This document shows, one piece after another, positions 17,355 through 23,432 of a stretch of DNA of 32,000 bases (position 1 is its first letter; every line of letters begins with the position of its first letter). The DNA comes from Nitrosopumilales archaeon (GTDB lineage Archaea > Thermoproteota > Nitrososphaeria > Nitrososphaerales > Nitrosopumilaceae): positions 12,158-44,157 of the forward strand of contig QYQE01000045.1 in assembly GCA_007280335.1 (NCBI GenBank), read 5' to 3'. Under the pieces are notes generated by a model, which saw only the letters and a program-made list of their open reading frames with translations, was not told the DNA's origin and ran no database searches. A program made the translations under genes and the position numbers.

Positions 17355-18011
17355 TTACTTCTTTTCTACTAGTGGTTGCTTAACGAGCTTTCCCATGGTG
17401 GTCTTTATCATAATTTTTTTAATGTTCTTATCTCCGCTTGGTAGCTTTTTTTCTACCAAGCTAATCACTGCATTAGCATTTGCAGTTAGATCTTCATCAG
17501 ACATTGTCTCATCACCTATCTTACATGCAAGAGAAAGTGAATTTCGTAGTCTGACACGTATGGAAGATCGGAATCTTTCTAAAATTGAATCAATTGGAGC
17601 ATTGAAAGGAACTGGTGTTGGCATCTTGCCTCTTGGACCCATGAACTGACCAAGAGTCTTACCTACAGTTGCCATAAGTGAGGTATCGGAAAGGAAAAAA
17701 TCAAAACCGTTAATCAGCTTTCGTGATTCGCGTTTGTTTGCACCTATTTTGTTTACTTCGGCCCCATCCACTATTCTGTCTGCATTAGCACTTTTTGCTT
17801 TCAAACCGAGATCTCCTGAAGCCACAACACAGACAGATGCTGGCTGACTAAGCGTTTTTGGAAGTTGAACAGTCTCATTTATTGCAAAACCCTTCTTTAC
17901 ATCAATATCTCTAAAAACCATGATTAGCTCTACGGATTGTTTGAACTTGCGTTGCTTCTGACCTTTCTTTGCATCTCCTATCATCTGCGTTAGATGAACA
18001 TCGCTAATCAT
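17355..18011 (-). CDS. rpl1: Ribosomal protein L1 (uL1)
   Basis: 218 aa. KQRKFKQSVELIMVFRDIDVKK and MGPRGKMPTPVP motifs. ATG start. Confidence 0.93.
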   Translation of the reverse strand: MISDVHLTQMIGDAKKGQKQRKFKQSVELIMVFRDIDVKKGFAINETVQLPKTLSQPASVCVVASGDLGLKAKSANADRIVDGAEVNKIGANKRESRKLINGFDFFLSDTSLMATVGKTLGQFMGPRGKMPTPVPFNAPIDSILERFRSSIRVRLRNSLSLACKIGDETMSDEDLTANANAVISLVEKKLPSGDKNIKKIMIKTTMGKLVKQPLVEKK

Positions 18012-18034
18012 TACGAAATCGTTTCTGAGACGCC

Positions 18035-18044
18035 TATTTAAAAT
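18035..18044 (-). promoter_or_regulatory. TATA-like box for the rpl1-rplP0 operon
   Basis: TATTTAAAAT is centred about 28 nt upstream of the rpl1 ATG (18011). Confidence 0.4.
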
Positions 18045-18156
18045 CGTTTACAGATGTGGATGGAATAATTTCATCCTTTGTAGTGAAATTTGAGTTACAA
18101 GAGTGTAAATCACTTGAGAGTTGAACCTACATTTTTAACTAGGAATAAAAAGTAAT

Positions 18157-18624
18157 TTGTTAAGTTTGCACAAATTCGATGAACTTGATATGAAAATTCT
18201 TACCGAACTTACAAAAGATGGTAATGTTTCAGTACCGAATCTTTCAAAAAGGCTAGGAATTAACACATCTGTTTTGTATAGTAGGATAAAGAGACTACTC
18301 AAAAAGAAACTGATAAAAAAATTCACGATTGTAGTAGATGAATCACTCATTGGCATAGGTGTGCGAGCTACAATGGGAATAAATCGCGATCCAAAACAAA
18401 AAGAGCAGATCCATAAGGCATTACTGAAAACTTCAGAAGTCATTATGATGTCTGAAGTGACTGGAAGATTTGATATGCTACTTACAGTACGTGCCAAAAA
18501 TCTAGAGGAATTACACTCTGTAGCAATAGGAAAGATCGGAAAAATAGAGGGAATTCAAAATACTGAAACCTTTGTTGAACTGCAACGAACAGAAAAAGAT
18601 CAATCTTACGAATTGAAAGAATAA
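18157..18624 (+). CDS. Lrp/AsnC family transcriptional regulator
   Basis: 155 aa. N-terminal wHTH (FDELDMKILTELTKDGNVSVPNLSKRLGINTSVLYSRIKRL) followed by an RAM/ACT-like domain (VTGRFDMLLTVRAKNLEEL). 18157 is TTG; alternatives are TTG 18166 and ATG 18190. Confidence 0.85.
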   Translation: MLSLHKFDELDMKILTELTKDGNVSVPNLSKRLGINTSVLYSRIKRLLKKKLIKKFTIVVDESLIGIGVRATMGINRDPKQKEQIHKALLKTSEVIMMSEVTGRFDMLLTVRAKNLEELHSVAIGKIGKIEGIQNTETFVELQRTEKDQSYELKE

Positions 18625-18625
18625 T

Positions 18626-19108
18626 TTACTTTAGTTTATCGTCCCATTTACCTGAGTTTATCTCGACAGTAACTTCTTTTGGATTTTTACCATCAATTTT
18701 TACTCCAAGTGGCAAACAGGTGCCCACAATTTCTTTTGCTGCACCTTTGATGTCTTGAGCATATGAAGAATCAATTTTCAACTTTGCAACTTTGATTATT
18801 GAATCCATTTTGATATCTCCAACCCATGTTGCTCCCGATGTTCCTGAACCTTTCTGAATGCCAGCTTCTTTTAGTATGAGTGCTGCCGCAGATGGAATTC
18901 CGACTTCGACTGTCCATTGTTTTGTTTTCTTGTCAACTGCAACTGTAACAGGGATTTTCATTCCCTCAAAGTCTTTTGTCTTCTCATTTATGGCAGTTAC
19001 AATTTGTAAAATGTTAACACCTAGTGGACCAAGTGTTGGACCAAGTGGAGGCCCTGCATTTGCCTGTCCTCCTGTAACGAGTGCGGAAACAGTTTGTATG
19101 TCTGCCAT
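18626..19108 (-). CDS. rpl11: Ribosomal protein L11 (uL11)
   Basis: 160 aa. GGQANAGPPLGPTLGPLGVN motif and KTKDFEGMKIPVTV. Confidence 0.95.
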   Translation of the reverse strand: MADIQTVSALVTGGQANAGPPLGPTLGPLGVNILQIVTAINEKTKDFEGMKIPVTVAVDKKTKQWTVEVGIPSAAALILKEAGIQKGSGTSGATWVGDIKMDSIIKVAKLKIDSSYAQDIKGAAKEIVGTCLPLGVKIDGKNPKEVTVEINSGKWDDKLK

Positions 19109-19145
19109 GATTTTTCTTTCCTAGAATCTGTAAATTTAATCCTTG

Positions 19146-19601
19146 CTACTGTGTTGATAGCTTTAGGTAGTTTGCATCAACAGTTACTGGTAATTGATAT
19201 GGCGCATCAAGCAAAATAACAGTAGCCTCTTCTTTTTCATGATCTATTCTGGTAACAGTTGCTTTCATTCCTTTAAACGGACCGCCTATAATTTCAACAA
19301 TCTTGTCTACTGCAAGCTCAGAGACTGTTGATTTCTTAACCAAGTAACCTTCTATGTCCTTGAACTGTAACTCACCTCTAAGTTGACCTCTGACGTGGCG
19401 TATTCCCTGTAATGCATCAAAGGCAGCATTTGCATTGATTGCTTCTACTACCACATATCCCTTGAGGTTATCCAAAAGTAAAACTGCTTGAATGTTTATT
19501 TTTTTTAGTTTTATTCTATTTTCTAATAATCCCATGACGACTTTTTCTTGTCCCCCAGTAGTCCTTACAGCAAAAAAGTGTGATTTTATTTCCTGAGTCA
19601 A
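19146..19601 (-). CDS. spt5: Transcription elongation factor Spt5 (archaeal NusG)
   Basis: 151 aa. NGN domain (FFAVRTTGGQEKVV...GYVVVEA) and a KOW motif (IIGGPFKGMKATVTRID). The start at 19601 is TTG (sequence gagtcaATG on the + strand reads TTG on the - strand). It lies 2 nt after the secE stop. Confidence 0.9.
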   Translation of the reverse strand: MTQEIKSHFFAVRTTGGQEKVVMGLLENRIKLKKINIQAVLLLDNLKGYVVVEAINANAAFDALQGIRHVRGQLRGELQFKDIEGYLVKKSTVSELAVDKIVEIIGGPFKGMKATVTRIDHEKEEATVILLDAPYQLPVTVDANYLKLSTQ

Positions 19602-19603
19602 TG

Positions 19604-19783
19604 CTATCTGTGTCCGAGATTAATTACTGCAAATACGAACTGAATTATAAATCCAACCGCACCTACGGTTGCTATTCCAAGAAGGACTAGTCTGAGATGT
19701 TGCATATAATCATCCTTGTCAGATTTTTTGGTAAGCTTAATTGTATTTACCATGTTCTTTAACATCTGTCTTGGGTTTACCAT
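19604..19783 (-). CDS. secE: Preprotein translocase subunit SecE (Sec61 gamma)
   Basis: Not in the supplied ORF track (59 aa). My hand translation: MVNPRQMLKNMVNTIKLTKKSDKDDYMQHLRLVLLGIATVGAVGFIIQFVFAVINLGHR*. It has one C-terminal TM helix preceded by a K/D-rich amphipathic segment, and sits in the conserved secE-spt5-rpl11 position. Confidence 0.75.
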   Translation of the reverse strand: MVNPRQMLKNMVNTIKLTKKSDKDDYMQHLRLVLLGIATVGAVGFIIQFVFAVINLGHR

Positions 19784-19822
19784 TGGGGGAAATTAATAAA
19801 GTCGACTTATATCTCTTATCTT

Positions 19823-20599
19823 GTGCAATTGCTTGTTGCGTATCAATCAGACCCCGCAGGCTCTAACTTGGCGTATCATATATCGCAAAACATGAAACAA
19901 GACGGTGAGATTTATCGCGGAAAAAATTATGATCTTGTAACAATTCCAACACCTACCATATCTGCAGACTGGCTTGAAGAAAAATATCATTATGATGGGT
20001 TTGTGTTTTTATCAAAGCATGCTTCTGAAACCGGCACACTGGCACTTACGTGTCACAGTACAGGCAATTTTTCAGAAGCACTATTTGGAGGAAGACCGCG
20101 ACAAGTTGCAATACCGCATCCACACCTGCAGAAATCCTACATGCAAATCTTGTGGGAAAAAAGAAACGATTTTACAAAATTTGAAATCACAATAGAGGCA
20201 ACACATCATGGTCCTACCGCATTAAACAAACCTGCATTGTTTATCGAAGTTGGAACAACAGAAAAACAATGGAACGATAAAGTACTATGCGGTTCTGTGG
20301 CTACAATTGTAGAAGATGCGATGTCAATGACACCACAGAAAAACGACGTGGCCATATGCTTCGGAGGAACTCACTATCCAGAAAAATTCACCAAAGAACT
20401 AATTGACGGTCAATATGCCTTGGGCACTGTTGTACCAAAACATGCTCTAGATCACATAGATGAGAAATTGTTTTCACACATTTTAGAAAGAAACAAGGAA
20501 GCAAAACGTGCTCTAGTAGACTGGAGTAGTTTGGGGGAAAATAAACAAAAGATAGTTTCACTTTTAGAAACAACAAATCTTGAGATGATGCGAGTTTGA
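19823..20599 (+). CDS. dtdA: D-aminoacyl-tRNA deacylase, archaeal type (DtdA)
   Basis: 258 aa. Motifs IEATHHGPT, LFIEVGTTEKQW, GGTHYPEKF, VPKHAL, all as in archaeal DtdA. The start at 19823 is GTG, with no ATG before ISQNMKQ. Confidence 0.85.
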   Translation: MQLLVAYQSDPAGSNLAYHISQNMKQDGEIYRGKNYDLVTIPTPTISADWLEEKYHYDGFVFLSKHASETGTLALTCHSTGNFSEALFGGRPRQVAIPHPHLQKSYMQILWEKRNDFTKFEITIEATHHGPTALNKPALFIEVGTTEKQWNDKVLCGSVATIVEDAMSMTPQKNDVAICFGGTHYPEKFTKELIDGQYALGTVVPKHALDHIDEKLFSHILERNKEAKRALVDWSSLGENKQKIVSLLETTNLEMMRV

Positions 20600-20892
20600 A
20601 GATTGAAGATAAAGTATACAAAAAACTACTTGAAGTTCCTCTCGGTATGGTGACTACATACGGCGAACTTGCTAGGGCTGTAGGTCTTACAAATGGACAA
20701 AGAGCAATTGGCAGAATCATGAACAAAAATCCATACCCTGTCATAGTTCCATGTCATAGAGTCATAAAATCAACTGGAAAAATTGGTGGATATGCATGGG
20801 GGGAACAGATCAAAACTAACATGCTATCAAAAGAAGGCGTAAAAATTAAGAATGGAAAAATTGTTGATCTAAAAATGATTTATAGATTCTAA
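20596..20892 (+). CDS. ogt: Single-domain methylated-DNA-protein-cysteine methyltransferase (MGMT/Ogt C-terminal domain only)
   Basis: 98 aa. TYGELARAVG, NKNPYPVIVPCHRVI (active-site PCHR), GGYAWG. TTG start at 20596, overlapping the dtdA stop (TTGA). The first ATG would truncate the conserved helix. Confidence 0.8.
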   Translation: MKIEDKVYKKLLEVPLGMVTTYGELARAVGLTNGQRAIGRIMNKNPYPVIVPCHRVIKSTGKIGGYAWGEQIKTNMLSKEGVKIKNGKIVDLKMIYRF

Positions 20893-21341
20893 GTGCGTTT
20901 TTTGTGTGTCTCTTCAATCAAAGTTCGAAGATGTGCCACGTTTCTGATTTGATTTCCACCTGCTTGTCTGTATAATTTCCAATACTCTGGGTTGGTTATC
21001 TCTTTTCTGCCCTTTGAAACATGGAGGCGATGTCGTAAAGCCTTTATCTTTCTTACATAAACTTGCTTTTTACCAATACGTGATCCCTTGGCTCCTTTCT
21101 TTGAACCTTGTTTTGTTCCGCGTTTGCGTCTTTGGGCTTTTTTATGATGTGCTCTGCCTTTAGATGTACCCTTTATTGGTCTGACCTCAATTATGTTTGC
21201 AGTAATTAGACTTCTAATGTTGTCTCGTGTAATTGCATCTGAAACATCATCCAAATACTGTGAGTCAAACTTTATTCTGTTTGCACCTACTCCCAACATC
21301 CTTGCAACAAGATGTCGTTTGGTTTTAAGATTTACTACCAC
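20889..21341 (-). CDS. rpl19e: Ribosomal protein L19e (eL19)
   Basis: 150 aa. NLKTKRHLVARMLGVGANRIKFD, then a basic K/R-rich middle and C-terminus. GTG start at 21341, with a 17-nt overlap on the L32e 3' end. Confidence 0.9.
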   Translation of the reverse strand: MVVNLKTKRHLVARMLGVGANRIKFDSQYLDDVSDAITRDNIRSLITANIIEVRPIKGTSKGRAHHKKAQRRKRGTKQGSKKGAKGSRIGKKQVYVRKIKALRHRLHVSKGRKEITNPEYWKLYRQAGGNQIRNVAHLRTLIEETHKKRT

Positions 21342-21726
21342 TTGTTGACACCCTTGCGTTAAATATCTTGAAATTTTTCTCTTTTGCTTTAGATACTATT
21401 TCTAATCTCTTCTTTTTTCCTACACCGTGACCAAGTCTTACGCCATCAGTTTTTGGATCAAGCTTCTCCAATTCCTTTACATTGTGAACTAAATTATCGG
21501 TATATCCTGATGGATGTAATCCTTTTGAAATATTTGGCCCGCCGTAACCAGCTTTGACAAGTGCAGGCCAACCCTTCTTAGATTTTCTCTGATGATTGTC
21601 AATTCCCTTTGGTTTTCTCCAGTTTTCTGCTAATCTAAAGTATCTCCAGCTCTCTTCTCTGACAAATTCAGGTCTGTGATCTGCTACTTTTTTTCTTAGC
21701 TCTAACAGGTCTTTGTTGATCGGCAT
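21325..21726 (-). CDS. rpl32e: Ribosomal protein L32e (eL32)
   Basis: 133 aa. RPEFVREESWRYFRLAENWRKPKGIDNHQR and GYGGPNISKGLHPSGY. Confidence 0.9.
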   Translation of the reverse strand: MPINKDLLELRKKVADHRPEFVREESWRYFRLAENWRKPKGIDNHQRKSKKGWPALVKAGYGGPNISKGLHPSGYTDNLVHNVKELEKLDPKTDGVRLGHGVGKKKRLEIVSKAKEKNFKIFNARVSTSGSKS

Positions 21727-21745
21727 GTAGAAGAACCTGCTTGAA

Positions 21746-21759
21746 TTTTAAAATAAATA
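21746..21759. promoter_or_regulatory. Central TATA-like box (TTTTAAAATAAATA) between divergent rpl32e and pckA
   Basis: 56-bp spacer 21727-21782. The box centre is about 27 nt from the rpl32e ATG (21726) and about 31 nt from the pckA ATG (21783). Confidence 0.4.
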
Positions 21760-21782
21760 CGTTTCTGGAGGCAAAATACATA

Positions 21783-23432
21783 ATGAGAAGAGATAATAAG
21801 GAAATTAGAGGCGGATCGTTTTACCCAATGATTGAGGATCTCAAGGCAACTATCACTGGCAAATTTATTACACAGCTAAAGGAGCAGGGCATCATTACAA
21901 GTAACATACACAGAAACCTATCCGTAAAATCACTCGTTGATATTGTACTTGAAAAAAATGAGGGCATCCTTACATCTAATGACTCTCTTTCAGTAAGGAC
22001 AGGAAAATACACTGGAAGATCCCCCGATGACCGCTATATCGTTGATGATTCTGAAACCCATGCTAATGTGGACTGGGGTAAAGTAAACCATCAGTTTCCT
22101 GAAGACAAATTTGACATGTTATATGAAAAAATGAAAAAACACATCGAGGGAAAAGAAATCTTTGTCTTTGATGGTTTTGTTGGAGCAGATCCTGATAACC
22201 GATTATCTATACGAATCATAACCGATCATGCATGGCAAAATCTCTTTGTAAGACAATTATTCATCAGGCCGTCAGACGCAGATCTTGAATCACACAAGCC
22301 AGAGTTTACTTTGCTTGCACTAAATGATTTCAAAGCTATTCCAGAAGTTGATGGAACCAGAAGTGATGCCTTTATCATATTAAATTACACAAAAAAAATT
22401 GTACTAATTGGAGCAACTTGTTATGCAGGAGAGATAAAAAAAGCAATGTTTTCTGTCATGAACTACATACTTCCACCGCGAGGTGTCTTTCCAATGCACT
22501 GTTCTGCAAACATTGGAAAAAAAGGCGACGTTGCATTATTTTTTGGACTGTCAGGTACTGGAAAAACAACACTTTCAGCAGATCCAAATCGAATGCTAGT
22601 TGGAGACGATGAACATGGATGGTCTGATAAAGGAATTTTTAATTTTGAAGGAGGATGTTATGCAAAATGTATTAATCTAAACAGAGAAGCAGAACCACAA
22701 ATTTGGGGCGCCATTAAATTTGGTTCAGTTTTAGAAAATGTTGTCATAGACAAAAAAACACTGACACCAGACTTTAACGATGGAAGCTTGACTGAGAACA
22801 CAAGAGCTGCATATCCACTTGACTACATTCCTGGTGCTATAACTCCAAGCGTTGGCGGAAATCCAAAAGTAATTGTGTTTTTAACAGCAGATGCGTTTGG
22901 TGTACTTCCACCTGTTGCAAGATTAACAAAAGAAGGAGCAATGTATCATTTCATGTCAGGATATACAAGCAAGCTTGCGGGAACTGAACGAGGTATTACA
23001 GAACCCAAGGCAACATTTTCAGAATGTTTTGGAGCACCTTTCATGTCAAGACATGCATCAGTATATGCAAAGATGCTTGGAGAAAAAATCACAAAACACA
23101 ACACCAAAGTCTATCTTATCAACACGGGATGGTCTGGAGGCCCATATGGCATAGGCAAGAGGATGAACATAAAACACACAAGGATGATGGTCACAGCTGC
23201 TCTTACTGGTACACTTGATATGGTAAAATATAGGCACGACGATGTGTTCAATTTGGATGTACCAGAAACATGTCCTGATGTGCCCCCAGAAGTACTAAAT
23301 CCAAGAAATACATGGGCAGAAAAAGAAGGATATGATAACTCGGCAAGAAAACTTGGGCAGATGTTTGTTGAGAACTTTAAGAAATTTGGAAATACTGCAA
23401 AAGAAATTCATGATGCAGGTCCACAGATCTAG
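21783..23432 (+). CDS. pckA: Phosphoenolpyruvate carboxykinase (ATP)
   Basis: TGKYTGRSPDDRYIV, kinase-1a GLSGTGKTTLS, GDDEHGW, FEGGCYAK, INTGWSGG. The ORF-track start at 21741 is TTG; the first ATG is at 21783 (MRRDNKEIRGG). Confidence 0.93.
   Translation: MRRDNKEIRGGSFYPMIEDLKATITGKFITQLKEQGIITSNIHRNLSVKSLVDIVLEKNEGILTSNDSLSVRTGKYTGRSPDDRYIVDDSETHANVDWGKVNHQFPEDKFDMLYEKMKKHIEGKEIFVFDGFVGADPDNRLSIRIITDHAWQNLFVRQLFIRPSDADLESHKPEFTLLALNDFKAIPEVDGTRSDAFIILNYTKKIVLIGATCYAGEIKKAMFSVMNYILPPRGVFPMHCSANIGKKGDVALFFGLSGTGKTTLSADPNRMLVGDDEHGWSDKGIFNFEGGCYAKCINLNREAEPQIWGAIKFGSVLENVVIDKKTLTPDFNDGSLTENTRAAYPLDYIPGAITPSVGGNPKVIVFLTADAFGVLPPVARLTKEGAMYHFMSGYTSKLAGTERGITEPKATFSECFGAPFMSRHASVYAKMLGEKITKHNTKVYLINTGWSGGPYGIGKRMNIKHTRMMVTAALTGTLDMVKYRHDDVFNLDVPETCPDVPPEVLNPRNTWAEKEGYDNSARKLGQMFVENFKKFGNTAKEIHDAGPQI

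Noticed and set aside
16683-17649. Chain of plus-strand ORFs (16683-16907, 16950-17306, 17284-17649)
   Set aside because: They lie antisense to the P0 and L1 ribosomal protein genes, and their sequences are hydrophobic and low-complexity.
18058-18076. Hairpin GGATG-N9-CATCC in the rpl1/Lrp spacer
   Set aside because: It has only a 5-bp stem, is not extendable, and has no flanking oligo-T or conserved motif. That is insufficient to call an RNA element or an operator.
18135-18497. 120-aa minus-strand ORF
   Set aside because: It lies antisense to the Lrp/AsnC gene, which has a clear wHTH and ligand-domain signature.
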